A stretch of DNA of 64,000 bases from Alphaproteobacteria bacterium (lineage in GTDB: Bacteria; Pseudomonadota; Alphaproteobacteria; UBA7887). Made by a program: the position numbers and the translations under genes. The DNA lies in NCBI GenBank assembly GCA_965216755.1, contig CBDCGL010000011.1, forward strand, positions 1,376,001-1,440,000, read 5' to 3'. The notes beneath the pieces are model-generated. The model had not been told where the DNA came from, searched no databases, and was given only the letters and a program-made list of their open reading frames with translations. Below are positions 45,533 to 56,858 of the stretch, one piece after another (positions within the stretch are counted from its first letter, which is position 1; each line of letters opens with the position of its first letter).

Positions 45533-46996
45533 ATGACGACCAAACCCCGCCTGCCGATAAAGCTCGATTCCACCACAAACGGCGAATACGCGCCCCTGCC
45601 CGTGTCGCGGATGGTTCGGAATGCAAATCGCTTGGCCGCGCAACGCATAGCGGACGCCGCACGCCGCACCGACATACCGCGACGGCGTTTCCTGGCTGGG
45701 TTGTGCGGCGCCGCGACAACATTGCTGACTCTCAATGAGGCGTTTGCGGCGCACGGCTTCAATGGCGGCAGGTTTCGAGTCCGCAAAGAGGGTACTTTTG
45801 ACCTTGCCGCCGCCGAAGATACGCTGGCCGGGAACGAGTTCATCTTCGACGTTCAAACTCATATGGTAAATCCGGCCGGCAAGTGGCGCGCAAATCACGG
45901 TAAGTATTGGGAGCAGATCTTGCCGCGTTTTCCGCAGGGCTCGTGCGGCAATGCAGATCCTGTCGATTGCTTCTCCGCAGACTATTACTTGGAGCACATC
46001 TTTGTTGACAGCGACACCGACCTGGCGGTGCTTAGCTTCGTGCCGGAAACCCCAGCAGGCAATCCGCTTGACATTCAAGAAGCCGACCGCGCGAGGACCC
46101 TTGTCAGTCAAATGGAAGACGGCGCCCATCGGCTGCTGTTGCATGGCATGGTCGTGCCCAACCTCCAACCCTATCGAGATCAACATGCCCTGATGGAAAC
46201 TGCTGTCCGCGATTGGCGAATCGCCGCGTGGAAAGTCTATACCCAATGGGGGCCCCAGCGCATGGGCTGGGAACTCGATGACCCAGAAATCGGCATTCCC
46301 TTCATCGAAAAGGCGCGCGAACTCGGCATTCGCAACATCTGCATTCACAAGGGCTTGTCGTTCAGTGGTTTTCCGAAACAGTTCGCCGGATGCGCCGATG
46401 TCGGTCGGGCCGCGCGCCGATACCCTGATATGAACTTTATCATCTACCACTCAGGCTTCGAACGGGGAACCAATGGCGGTGCCTACGATCCAAACAGTGG
46501 GGCGCTGGGTGTTGATAGTTTGATCAAGTCCCTGGACGACAACGACATTGCACCGAACAGCAATGTTTATGCTGAACTTGGCAGCACATGGCGTATCGTC
46601 ATGGCAAATCCCGATTTGGCCGCCCATACAATTGGTAAGTTGCTCAAGTATGTCGGCGAGGATCGGGTGCTGTGGGGAACCGATTCGATATGGTACGGCT
46701 CGCCTCAGGATCAAGTACAAGCCTTCAGAGCGTTCGAGATTGCTGATGAATTGCACGACGCCCACGGATATCCCGATTTGACGCCAGCCTTGAAGGCGAA
46801 AGTTTTTGGCGCCAATGGTGCTGCGGTTTATGGCGTTGACGCCCGCGAATTTGAGCAGCGTGCCGCGGTGGATGCGATAGCACGCCGTCGTCTCGCGGCG
46901 CGGGAGGATCCACACCCCAGTCTGGAAACGTTTGGCCCTAAAACCATGCGTGAATTCCGAGCGCTTCAAGCCGAACGAAAGGGCTTCCCGGTGTAG
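45533..46996 (+). CDS. Amidohydrolase family protein with internal twin-arginine-like motif
   Basis: FDVQTH, WKVYT, CIHKG, FIIYHSG, NVYAELGSTW, LWGTDSIWYGSPQ; RRRFLAGLCG at about residue 50. Confidence 0.85.
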   Translation: MTTKPRLPIKLDSTTNGEYAPLPVSRMVRNANRLAAQRIADAARRTDIPRRRFLAGLCGAATTLLTLNEAFAAHGFNGGRFRVRKEGTFDLAAAEDTLAGNEFIFDVQTHMVNPAGKWRANHGKYWEQILPRFPQGSCGNADPVDCFSADYYLEHIFVDSDTDLAVLSFVPETPAGNPLDIQEADRARTLVSQMEDGAHRLLLHGMVVPNLQPYRDQHALMETAVRDWRIAAWKVYTQWGPQRMGWELDDPEIGIPFIEKARELGIRNICIHKGLSFSGFPKQFAGCADVGRAARRYPDMNFIIYHSGFERGTNGGAYDPNSGALGVDSLIKSLDDNDIAPNSNVYAELGSTWRIVMANPDLAAHTIGKLLKYVGEDRVLWGTDSIWYGSPQDQVQAFRAFEIADELHDAHGYPDLTPALKAKVFGANGAAVYGVDAREFEQRAAVDAIARRRLAAREDPHPSLETFGPKTMREFRALQAERKGFPV

Positions 46997-47009
46997 GCGC
47001 GAGGTTGTC

Positions 47010-48560
47010 TTGAACCTCGCTCTGTGGCTCGCGCGCGCGGCGCACCATCGTCCCGCGGCACCGGCATTGCTGACCGGCACCCGGTGCGACGCCGACTATG
47101 CGACGTTCGCACGCCGCGCATCTGCCATCGCCAACGAGCTGCGCGTCACATTTCGCATCCGACCGGGCGACCGCATCGGCCTGTTCATGCCCAACAGCAC
47201 GGCTTATTTAGAGGCTTTATTCGGTATCTGGTGGGCCGGCGCCGTCGCCGTTCCGATGAACGCGAAACTGCATCCGAAAGAAGCGGCATGGATTTGCACC
47301 GACGCCGGCTGCAAGCTCGTGTTTGTCTCAAATGAGAGTGGTGCCACGCTGGCCGGACAAAATATCGACCTACCCGACACTGTCACGCTCATCTCGGTCG
47401 ACGAACAGCCTTTTAGGCGGTGGCGGAACACGCCGAGCGGCGGACCACCACAGGAACGCGCCGGCGTTGATCTCGCCTGGCTGTTCTACACCTCCGGCAC
47501 CACCGGCCGGCCCAAGGGGGCGATGTTGACCTGGGCGAATTTGCAGGCCATGGCTCTGTGCTATTTCGCAGACGTGGCCTCGGTCGCCCCCACCGACGCG
47601 AGCCTGTATGCGGCGCCGATTTCACATGGTGCGGGCATGTATATGCTGCCCCATCTGCGTGCGGGGGCGCGCCATGTTGTGCCAGATTCTGAGGGCTTCG
47701 ACTCACAAGAGATTTTGGATTTGGCCAGCGAATTGCGCGACCTCTCCCTTTTCGCCGCACCGACCATGGTGCGTCGGCTTGTTGCCTGCGCCGCCACCTC
47801 AAGCGGGCGCGATGGCAGTGGCCTCAAAACGGTCGTCTATGGCGGCGGACCGATGTACTTGGCGGATATCGAGGAAGCCTTGAACACGTTGGGACCGCGC
47901 TTTGCCCAGATTTATGGCCAAGCCGAATCGCCAATGACCATAACCGCGCTGGCACGCCATTGGCATTCAGACACCAACAATCGGCGATATCGGGCCCGAT
48001 TGGCGTCTGTCGGAGTGCCAATGAGCGCTGTTCAAGTGCGTGTTGTCGACGCCGAGGACCGCGCGGTGCCACCCGGCGATGTTGGGACGATTATGGTCAA
48101 GGGTACAACAGTGATGGCCGGCTATTGGCGAAACCCCGACGCCACAGAGAGCACAATCCGAAGTGGTTGGCTCGATACCGGCGACGTCGGGGTCTTCGAC
48201 GAAGATGGTTTCTTGAGTTTGCGCGACCGATCCAAAGATATGATCATTTCAGGCGGAACGAATATTTATCCGCGCGAAATCGAGGAAGTTCTTCTACAGC
48301 ACGGTGATGTCGTCGAAGCTGCGGTTATTGGGCAACCGCATGAAGATTGGGGCGAAGAGGTTGTTGCGTGTCTCGTCCTCAAACCGGGACGGGTTCTCGA
48401 CGAAGTTGCGCTGGACAAGCTGTGCCTCGGCCATCTGGCCCGGTTTAAGCGGCCACGGCGGTACATGGCATTAGATAGCCTACCAAAAAACAATTATGGC
48501 AAGGTTCTAAAAACGGCGCTAAGACAGCGATTTGCTGCCCAGACTGGCCCGATCGACTAA
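47010..48560 (+). CDS. Acyl-CoA synthetase (AMP-forming)
   Basis: FYTSGTTGRPKG, QIYGQAE, TGDVG, DRSKDMIISGGTNIYPREIE, LPKNNYGK. Start TTG 47010 uncertain. Confidence 0.92.
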   Translation: MNLALWLARAAHHRPAAPALLTGTRCDADYATFARRASAIANELRVTFRIRPGDRIGLFMPNSTAYLEALFGIWWAGAVAVPMNAKLHPKEAAWICTDAGCKLVFVSNESGATLAGQNIDLPDTVTLISVDEQPFRRWRNTPSGGPPQERAGVDLAWLFYTSGTTGRPKGAMLTWANLQAMALCYFADVASVAPTDASLYAAPISHGAGMYMLPHLRAGARHVVPDSEGFDSQEILDLASELRDLSLFAAPTMVRRLVACAATSSGRDGSGLKTVVYGGGPMYLADIEEALNTLGPRFAQIYGQAESPMTITALARHWHSDTNNRRYRARLASVGVPMSAVQVRVVDAEDRAVPPGDVGTIMVKGTTVMAGYWRNPDATESTIRSGWLDTGDVGVFDEDGFLSLRDRSKDMIISGGTNIYPREIEEVLLQHGDVVEAAVIGQPHEDWGEEVVACLVLKPGRVLDEVALDKLCLGHLARFKRPRRYMALDSLPKNNYGKVLKTALRQRFAAQTGPID

Positions 48561-48644
48561 CGCATGTTCGCCCGCGTGCGCGGCTGAATGAACGATCGCG
48601 AAGCTCAATGAAGCAACGATTTGCGAAATAGGGAGAACAGCACC

Positions 48645-49037
48645 ATGGCCAGACCTGACCAAGTGTTCCACCTGCGGGAGGCGGAGAAAGAGCTGGGTTT
48701 CGCGCAAGCCGTTAGGTCGTCTGGCCGGTTGTTTGTTTCAGGTACTTGTAGCCTGGACTTAGATAGCAACGTCATCGCCGCGAACGATATGCGGGGCCAG
48801 ATGACGCAGATCTATCGGTTGATTCAGACGAGCCTCGAAGCGCACGACCTGACCTTTCAGAACATTGTCAAAGAAACGATCTTCGTGACAGATATCGAAG
48901 CATTTCGCGAGGCCCTACCCGTGCGCGCCGAGTTCTACGCCAACGCGGCACCACCCGCCGCAACCTGGATCGAGGTGTCACGACTTATGCGGCCACAATT
49001 CCTGATAGAAATAGAAGTGACAGTAGAGGCATCATGA
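48645..49037 (+). CDS. RidA/YjgF family protein
   Basis: FAQAVR, LFVSG, IVKETIFVTD, PPAATWIEVSRL..PQFLIEIE. Confidence 0.85.
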   Translation: MARPDQVFHLREAEKELGFAQAVRSSGRLFVSGTCSLDLDSNVIAANDMRGQMTQIYRLIQTSLEAHDLTFQNIVKETIFVTDIEAFREALPVRAEFYANAAPPAATWIEVSRLMRPQFLIEIEVTVEAS

Positions 49038-49069
49038 ATTAAATAGAGAACAACAATCGAATCGTTTTC

Positions 49070-49666
49070 TTGGAAAGAGAAAGTCTTACTATCGGTTCGA
49101 TTATTAGTTTATTTGATCATACGCGCTCGATACCTAACATATTCGGTACTGGCATACCATTTTGTCATGTGTTGATAACGAACTATTTCCGCCTTTATGT
49201 GGACGCTTCCGTAATCGGCAATGCCAGCATCGAACCCGCATTGTTTGAGCTTGAGATCACCGAAAGCGTTCTCATGAGCGACACGGCCCACACGCTCGAT
49301 ACGCTGTGCGCGTTGCAGGGCCTCGGCGTTAGAATTGCCATGCACGATTTCGGAACGGGTTACTCGTCGCTCAGCTATCTCAAGCTGTTCCCGTTTAATC
49401 GCTTAAAGATCGACCGGTCGTTCGTTCAGGAACTGAGTGACAACCCTGAAGCTGCGGCTTTTGTGCGCGCCATCGTTGCTCTGGGGCGCAGCCGCGACAT
49501 GCGGACAACGGCCGAAGGTGTCGAGACGGCGCCACAGCTTGAGTTTTTGCAACATGAGAATTGTGAAGAAGTGCAGGGCTATTTGTTCAGTCGGCCGGTG
49601 ACCAAGGACCAAATCGACATTTTCCTAGATAGCGATCCGAATAAACGACAAAAAATCGCGGTCTAA
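49070..49666 (+). pseudogene. Truncated, degenerate EAL (c-di-GMP phosphodiesterase) domain remnant
   Basis: Only the C-terminal half is present (ELEITES, HDFGTGYSSLSYL, LKIDRSF, AEGVET, QGYLFSRP). The EAL motif and N-terminal half are absent, replaced by AT-rich sequence; DDFG reads HDFG. Confidence 0.7.
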
Positions 49667-49728
49667 CAAGTATTCGGCAAACACCTTTCTCTGCATCGAC
49701 CATGGCGCCGGCCAAAAAATCAGGCCGC

Positions 49729-50922
<1,194 letters not shown>

Positions 50923-51089
50923 TCACTATATTGATGGCCGGGATTTCAAGCTCATCGGCCAGCGTCGTCTCTCAATCGTCAACGATAGACCCAACGACGT
51001 TGGGGCGCGACGTGAAATCCGACGCGTTTGCGGTCATACTACCGTGTTTGAAATGAAAAAGATGCGAGCGGACGGGAGGCCACTTTCAT

Positions 51090-52124
51090 ATGCGTCACTT
51101 ATTTGTCTTCGCGACGGCTGTCGGCATGATCATCTCGGCCGAAGGTTTTGCCGCCGAAGTGACATTGACCCTTCAACATTTTGCCTCGCCCAAGGCCCCT
51201 GCGCACGCGCGCTTTTTGGCACCATGGGCGGAGCGCATCCAAGCTGAATCCGACGGCCGCATCGAGGTCGAAATTTTCCCCTCCATGTCGTTAGGCGGCA
51301 AACCACCCGAGCTTTATAGCCAAGTTCGGGATGGTGTCGTCGACCTGATATGGACCGTCACAGCCTATACGCCGGGCGTTTTTCCGCGCGCCGAGGTATT
51401 CGAACTGCCAACGGTTCACCAAAGCAGCGCGGAGGCGACAAATCAAGCGATCCAAGATTTGTATGACGCGCATTTGGCGGCTGATTTTGCGGCGATACAT
51501 CCCATTCTGGTTCACGTCCATACGGGTCAAGCCATTCACATGGTCGACCGGCCGGTCAAGGCCATTGAAGACTTGGCCGGACTCAAGATTCGCATTCCCA
51601 GCCGTACCGGCGCCTGGCTGATCCAAGCCTGGGGCGCGGAGCCCGTCGGCATGCCGGTACCGGAGCTGCCCCAAGCCCTGTCCAAGGGCACGATCGACGG
51701 CACTTTGGTGCCTTACGAGATCGTCATCCCGCTTAAGGTCCACGAGATGACCCAGTATTCGGTCGAAGGACCAGGGGCGACCCGGTTTGGTACCGCAACG
51801 TTCCTGTTTGCGATGAACAAGGAGCGCTATGAGAGTCTGCCGGACGACCTAAAATCCGTCATTGACAACAACTCGGGTCGCGCGTTGGCAGCCGAGATCG
51901 GGCGCGTCTGGGATTCGATTGAACCAGACGGGCGCGCCCTGACTGCCGCAACCGGAAGTATAATTTCGGAACTTAGCTCCGACGCCATGGCCGCGTTTGA
52001 TGCACGCGCCGATGAGGTGGTTGCAAAGTGGATCGATGACGTGGCGACAGACGGCATTGATGGGGTGGCGCTGGTTGCTGCCGCACGGGCGGCGATCGCC
52101 AAATACGAAAAGAACTCAGACTAG
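51090..52124 (+). CDS. TRAP transporter substrate-binding protein (DctP family)
   Basis: Signal peptide; SDGRI.VEIFPSMSLGG, DGVVD, YTPGVFP, GLKIR, PVGMP, LSKGTIDG, MNKERYESLP. Confidence 0.92.
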   Translation: MRHLFVFATAVGMIISAEGFAAEVTLTLQHFASPKAPAHARFLAPWAERIQAESDGRIEVEIFPSMSLGGKPPELYSQVRDGVVDLIWTVTAYTPGVFPRAEVFELPTVHQSSAEATNQAIQDLYDAHLAADFAAIHPILVHVHTGQAIHMVDRPVKAIEDLAGLKIRIPSRTGAWLIQAWGAEPVGMPVPELPQALSKGTIDGTLVPYEIVIPLKVHEMTQYSVEGPGATRFGTATFLFAMNKERYESLPDDLKSVIDNNSGRALAAEIGRVWDSIEPDGRALTAATGSIISELSSDAMAAFDARADEVVAKWIDDVATDGIDGVALVAAARAAIAKYEKNSD

Positions 52125-52187
52125 CACCGCAGCCGATTCAATGGACCGATGCCAGCGTCCAACCGCCAACGCTTTCGGCCTGGGGCC

Positions 52188-52700
52188 ATGCAAACGCGGC
52201 TAGAACAAGTTATTTCGGCGTGGGCTATCGCAGGCGGCATCGTCTTACTTGTGATTGTCGGAGTAACCGCGTTCAATGTCAGCGCCTATGTGGCAGGGTC
52301 CTTGGCACGCCTTTGGGGCGGGACGGTCGGCGTTTTTGCTGGCTACGAGGATTTTATTCGTTATACGGTCGGCGCCGCCGCGCTCATGTTGTTCCCTTAC
52401 TGCGAACTGCGTGGCGGTCATGTTTCGGTCGATGTAGTGTTCGATCGCCTGCCGCGTTGGCTGCAGCGTGGCGCAGGCAACCTGGCGCGCATTGGCCAGC
52501 TTGCGCTTGTTCTGTTTCTTTTCTACTGGATCGCACACGGCATGATGGACGCCCGAGCCGACGGGCTGCAGTCGCCGGTTCTGGCCTGGGCCGAATGGCC
52601 TTTTTACTTGCCCGGACTCATGTCTCTGGTCTTGTGGGCGATCGCCGTGGCCTTGAACGCGATGTCGTTCCACCGTGGCGGGGGCGGTCGTCGTGGGTGA
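52188..52700 (+). CDS. TRAP transporter small permease (DctQ)
   Basis: 4 TM helices; GYEDF, FPYCELRGGHVSVD, WPFY. Confidence 0.88.
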   Translation: MQTRLEQVISAWAIAGGIVLLVIVGVTAFNVSAYVAGSLARLWGGTVGVFAGYEDFIRYTVGAAALMLFPYCELRGGHVSVDVVFDRLPRWLQRGAGNLARIGQLALVLFLFYWIAHGMMDARADGLQSPVLAWAEWPFYLPGLMSLVLWAIAVALNAMSFHRGGGGRRG

Positions 52701-54078
52701 ACGCGAATGGGTCGGTTTGGCCGGATTTGTAATCTTGCTGATCCTGATCGGCTTGCGCGTGCCAGTTGGTTTGGCCATGACCGGCGTCGGCATTGGCGGC
52801 ACCTTTGTCCTCAGCCTTGTGGCGCCACATCTGCGCTTTGCCCCCTATCTCAAGCAATTCAAAACGCTGCTCTGGAACACGGTGGCAAATTATGACTTGT
52901 CGGTTGTTCCGCTGTTCGTGCTTATGGGCTTTCTCGCCAGCCAATCGAATCTGAGCCGCGATCTGTTCCAGGGCATCAACGCCCTTTGCGGCCGCCTGCG
53001 CGGCGGAGTCGCGATGGCGGCCGTCGGTGCGTGCGCCGGTTTCGGTGCCGTGTGCGGGTCATCTCTCGCAACCGCATCAACTATGGGACGCGTTGCGCTG
53101 CCAGAATTGCGCCGCATGCGCTATGACCCCAGTTTAGCGACCGGGGCCCTAGCGGCGGGCGGTACGCTGGGTATTTTGATCCCGCCGTCTGTTGCCTTGG
53201 TGATCTATGCCATCATTGTCGAGGCCTCGATCGTTGAGATGTTTCAAGCGGCGATCGTCCCCGGCCTAATCGCTGTCTGCATGTTTGTCGCTGTGATTGC
53301 CGTAACCGTCGCCCGAAATCCGGAAAAAGCGCCCATCGCCCAACCAATGCCCACAGCCGAAAGGCGCGCTGCGATTGCGCGCCTGTTGCCGGTCTTGGCC
53401 ATTTTTGGCGCGATCATTCTGGGACTGGGAATGGGGCTGTTCACGCCAACGCCGGCTGCCGGCATCGGTGTGTTTGCCATCTTGGTCTATGGCTTTGCAA
53501 TGCGCACGTGGCGCGACGACGGGCTAACACTGGGCGGCGTGCGGCGGTCGCTGCTCGACACTGCGGTTACCGCCAGCATGATTTATTTCATCCTTTTCGG
53601 TGCCGAAGTGCTGAAAGGATTTTTTGCCCGGTCCGGCCTGCCTACGGCGCTTGCAGGTTGGGCCGGTGTCAGTGGTTTCGACCCCTGGGTTGTTTTGATC
53701 GTCATGCTGATCATACTCATCGCCCTGGGCTGCTTTATGGAATCCTTGTCCATGATCTTGGTTATCGTGCCGTTCTTCTGGCCAGTGCTCATTGACCTCA
53801 ACGGTGGCGATTGGGCAACGGCCGACAGCGCTGCCTTTGGCATGACAACAGACGAACTGAAGATTTGGTTCGGCATCTTGGCCCTGATTGTCGTCGAACT
53901 CGGATTGATTACACCTCCTGTCGGGCTAAACGTTTTTATCATCAACATGATGGCGGAAAACGCGAAAATGAAAGACACGTTTCGCGGCGTTATGCCGTTT
54001 TTCGCCGCCGAGATCGTGCGTATCGCTTTGTTGTTGGCACTGCCGGTCCTGGCCCTGTTCGTGCCGCGACTCCTTTGA
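52693..54078 (+). CDS. TRAP transporter large permease (DctM)
   Basis: VPLFVLMG, FGAVCGSSLAT, GGTLGILIPPS, FTPT, LGCFMES, ELGLITPPVGLNVF. Confidence 0.92.
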   Translation: MGEREWVGLAGFVILLILIGLRVPVGLAMTGVGIGGTFVLSLVAPHLRFAPYLKQFKTLLWNTVANYDLSVVPLFVLMGFLASQSNLSRDLFQGINALCGRLRGGVAMAAVGACAGFGAVCGSSLATASTMGRVALPELRRMRYDPSLATGALAAGGTLGILIPPSVALVIYAIIVEASIVEMFQAAIVPGLIAVCMFVAVIAVTVARNPEKAPIAQPMPTAERRAAIARLLPVLAIFGAIILGLGMGLFTPTPAAGIGVFAILVYGFAMRTWRDDGLTLGGVRRSLLDTAVTASMIYFILFGAEVLKGFFARSGLPTALAGWAGVSGFDPWVVLIVMLIILIALGCFMESLSMILVIVPFFWPVLIDLNGGDWATADSAAFGMTTDELKIWFGILALIVVELGLITPPVGLNVFIINMMAENAKMKDTFRGVMPFFAAEIVRIALLLALPVLALFVPRLL

Positions 54079-54102
54079 CGAAATAGACGAGAGTTTCGGA
54101 GA

Positions 54103-55122
54103 ATGACATCATTGCCCATATTACCCACCATGGGCGTCGGCAGTTATGCGGCGCCGGGTTGGTTTATTGCCGCGCGTGGACCCATCGCGGAAGGCCGATT
54201 CGGAGCCCATGATGTCGAAGAGCTATTCGATGATGCCGTGCGCATCACTGTTGCCGATCAGATCGAGGCCGGCATTGACATCCTGACCGATGGTGAGTTG
54301 CGTCGGCAACGATTTGTTTTCGAAATGTACGACCGTTTCGAGGGTTTAAGGCGAGTGCCACCACGTCGCAAATTGGGTCTGCGGGGCTACGATACAGCAC
54401 CACATTTCGTCGTGGAAAGTCTACCAACGGTGCCCGATGGCCTTGGCGTGGTAACTGATTTGCGCGCCCTGAAAGAGCTGGTGCCAGATCGACCGTTGAA
54501 AGTCGCTCTGCCGGGACCGCTTACGTTCGCGGGCAATATTGAGGCCGGAGATCAATCACCGGATGCAGTTTTCGATCGACTCGTCGAGCTCGTTCGAACT
54601 GAGCTGGATGCCCTTGTCGCCGCCGGCGCCACCTACATTCAACTCGACGAACCGTCCTTGCCACATCCGGCCTATGGTCGCTCGCCAACCGACGGGGCGC
54701 GCATAATCAACAAGGTGCTCGACGGACTCGAAGTGCGCACCGCGGTTCACGTCTGCTTTGGCAATAATGCGGGCCGGCCACGCTCAGACCGTCGCTTCGG
54801 CCGGCTGATGGAAGCCATGAATGCGTTGGCGTGCAATCAACTGGTTCTGGAGTTCGCGAACCGCGAGATGGCCGACATCGAATGCCTGACCCCATTGTCG
54901 GAAAAATTCGATATCGCGGCCGGCGTTGTCGACGTCAAGAACTGGCGGACCGAAACCCCGGATGACGTGGCTCGGCGCATCCGACAATGCCTGGAACACA
55001 TGCCTGCGGCGCGGCTGAGCGTGACCGCGGATTGTGGCTTCTCGGCGCTACCGCGTTATTTGGCACGCGCGAAAATGGAGGCGCTTGTCACCGGCACCAA
55101 GCAAGTTCGCGCCACGCTCTAG
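54103..55122 (+). CDS. Short MetE-like protein (cobalamin-independent methionine synthase II family, single Zn-binding domain)
   Basis: VGSY, AGIDILTDGELRR, LPGPLT, IQLDEP; Zn ligands HVC...LEFA...ADCGF; GVVDVK. 339 aa with no N-terminal MetE half. Confidence 0.85.
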   Translation: MTSLPILPTMGVGSYAAPGWFIAARGPIAEGRFGAHDVEELFDDAVRITVADQIEAGIDILTDGELRRQRFVFEMYDRFEGLRRVPPRRKLGLRGYDTAPHFVVESLPTVPDGLGVVTDLRALKELVPDRPLKVALPGPLTFAGNIEAGDQSPDAVFDRLVELVRTELDALVAAGATYIQLDEPSLPHPAYGRSPTDGARIINKVLDGLEVRTAVHVCFGNNAGRPRSDRRFGRLMEAMNALACNQLVLEFANREMADIECLTPLSEKFDIAAGVVDVKNWRTETPDDVARRIRQCLEHMPAARLSVTADCGFSALPRYLARAKMEALVTGTKQVRATL

Positions 55123-55123
55123 C

Positions 55124-55156
55124 AAAAAAGGGTGTCGGTCGGTTTCGACCAGCCTT
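55124..55156 (-). terminator. Rho-independent terminator of the GST gene
   Basis: Minus strand: GGTCG-AAAC-CGACC stem followed by GACACCC and a T6 tract, immediately after the GST stop. Confidence 0.45.
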
Positions 55157-55790
55157 ACGTCCGCGCACTCGGGCGCGAGGACACTGCATCATGCCAGCGT
55201 CGCAGATGGATAGCCGCATCAGGTATCTCCATCTTGCACGCGCGCGCCGCGAAGTCTATCGCGCACAGGGCGGTAATATCCGCCACAGTATAGTCGTCGC
55301 CGGCGACAAACGGCCGATCCTCCAATTGCGCGTCCAGAACCCCGAAGAATCGTTTGATGCGCGCGCGTCCCCGTTCGACCAGCTCCGAGATTTGCGGCAC
55401 AGGGACGACAAAACCCGGCAACCCCCGATCGACAAATCCGGGATGGCTATTGCGCAGCATTTCGCCAGCGGCTTGAATGCCCTCAAGCTCTCCGCGTCGT
55501 TCCCACATCTCGGCCAAGGCCGCGGATTTCGGATCGCGCCCCATCAGCGGCGGCGTCGGGTGTGTCATTTCCAGGTAGCGGCAAATTGCCATGGCCTCGC
55601 TGATTCGCGTGCCGTCGTCGAGCTCCAGTACGGGAACAAGGCGGCTGGGGCTCAGTGCCAGAAACTCAGGAGTCAAAGTAGGTGCTTTTGGAACCCCGAC
55701 TTCCTCGATTGGAATCTCGATGCCCTTTTCCGCCAAGAAAATACGCACGCGCCGTGCGTTTGGCGCGGCACGCCAATCATAAAGCTTCAT
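55155..55790 (-). CDS. Glutathione S-transferase family protein
   Basis: APNARRVRIFLAEKG, VPVLELDDG..ISEAMAICRYLE, FVAGDDYTVADI, WH..V..RPS. Confidence 0.92.
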   Translation of the reverse strand: MKLYDWRAAPNARRVRIFLAEKGIEIPIEEVGVPKAPTLTPEFLALSPSRLVPVLELDDGTRISEAMAICRYLEMTHPTPPLMGRDPKSAALAEMWERRGELEGIQAAGEMLRNSHPGFVDRGLPGFVVPVPQISELVERGRARIKRFFGVLDAQLEDRPFVAGDDYTVADITALCAIDFAARACKMEIPDAAIHLRRWHDAVSSRPSART

Positions 55791-55829
55791 GATTTGGTCA
55801 CTCCCAATTCTCCCTGCAGACGGCGCCGC

Positions 55830-56858
55830 TTATCCGCTTGGTGGTGTACGCCGCCAAACTGGGTCGGATTCGAATGCGCGCCGCAATTTATCTCTTTCCG
55901 ACGCGGGTCGCCACGCGGCATCAAGAGCGTTTAGGGTCAGCTGCCGGATCTCATCGGGCGTAAACCCGAACTTTGTCGACAACATCGTGAATTCTTCGAC
56001 CAGGCTATTGTGAAACATGCCCGGATCATCCGTGTTGATGGTCACCTGCAAGCCCAAGTCCCAATAACGTCGCACGGGATGCGCGCTCAAATCACTGACG
56101 ACACCTGTCGCCAGGTTGGACAGCGGACACATCTCGATCGTCACCTGGTGCTCGGCAAGCAGGTCAAGAACCGCCGGATCCTCTTCCGCGCGCGTGCCAT
56201 GGCCAATGCGATCGACGGCCAACGCGTCGAGCGCCTCGCGCACGCTGTCTGCCCCCGCCGCTTCGCCGGCGTGCACAGATGTGCGTAAACCAAGATCCCG
56301 CGCTCGCGCGTATATTGGGGCGAACGGCTTCGGCGGGTGCATGTGCTCCGACCCGCCCATGCCAATCCCGACTATTCCGTAGTCTATGACATCGGCAATT
56401 TGACTCAGCGTCTCCGCGGCGCGCGCCGGGCCGTGGTCGCGGACCAAATCAGGTATTAAATGCACTTCGGTGCCGCGCACGTCGTCAAGTCCGGCGCGGA
56501 TCGCCTCGGTTAATCCTTGGGGGGTCAAGCCCCGGTCGGCAAATCGGCTCGGCGAATAGAAGATCTCAGCGTAGCGTATGTTCTGCCTCGCCAGGTCTTC
56601 GGCGACCGCCTCCGCAATCAACTGAAAATCCTCATACGTCCTGAGGAAGCTATTTTTCCAAATCCAGGTCTCAATGAAGTGTGGAAAGTCGCGATAGGTA
56701 AGGCGCGCACGCAGGTCTTCTTCTCGTGCAACTGACCCATCGCCGCCATACTTTTGGATCAACGCCCACAATGTCGGTAAAGGGATTGCTCCCTCCAAAT
56801 GGAGGTGGAGCTCGGCCTTCGGAAGGTTACCAAGCCAGCATACGAACTCGTCAGTCAT
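55830..56858 (-). CDS. add: Adenosine/adenine deaminase
   Basis: PKAELHLHLEG, YAEI, VHAGE, RIGHG, EMCPLSN, TINTDDP. Confidence 0.9.
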   Translation of the reverse strand: MTDEFVCWLGNLPKAELHLHLEGAIPLPTLWALIQKYGGDGSVAREEDLRARLTYRDFPHFIETWIWKNSFLRTYEDFQLIAEAVAEDLARQNIRYAEIFYSPSRFADRGLTPQGLTEAIRAGLDDVRGTEVHLIPDLVRDHGPARAAETLSQIADVIDYGIVGIGMGGSEHMHPPKPFAPIYARARDLGLRTSVHAGEAAGADSVREALDALAVDRIGHGTRAEEDPAVLDLLAEHQVTIEMCPLSNLATGVVSDLSAHPVRRYWDLGLQVTINTDDPGMFHNSLVEEFTMLSTKFGFTPDEIRQLTLNALDAAWRPASERDKLRRAFESDPVWRRTPPSG

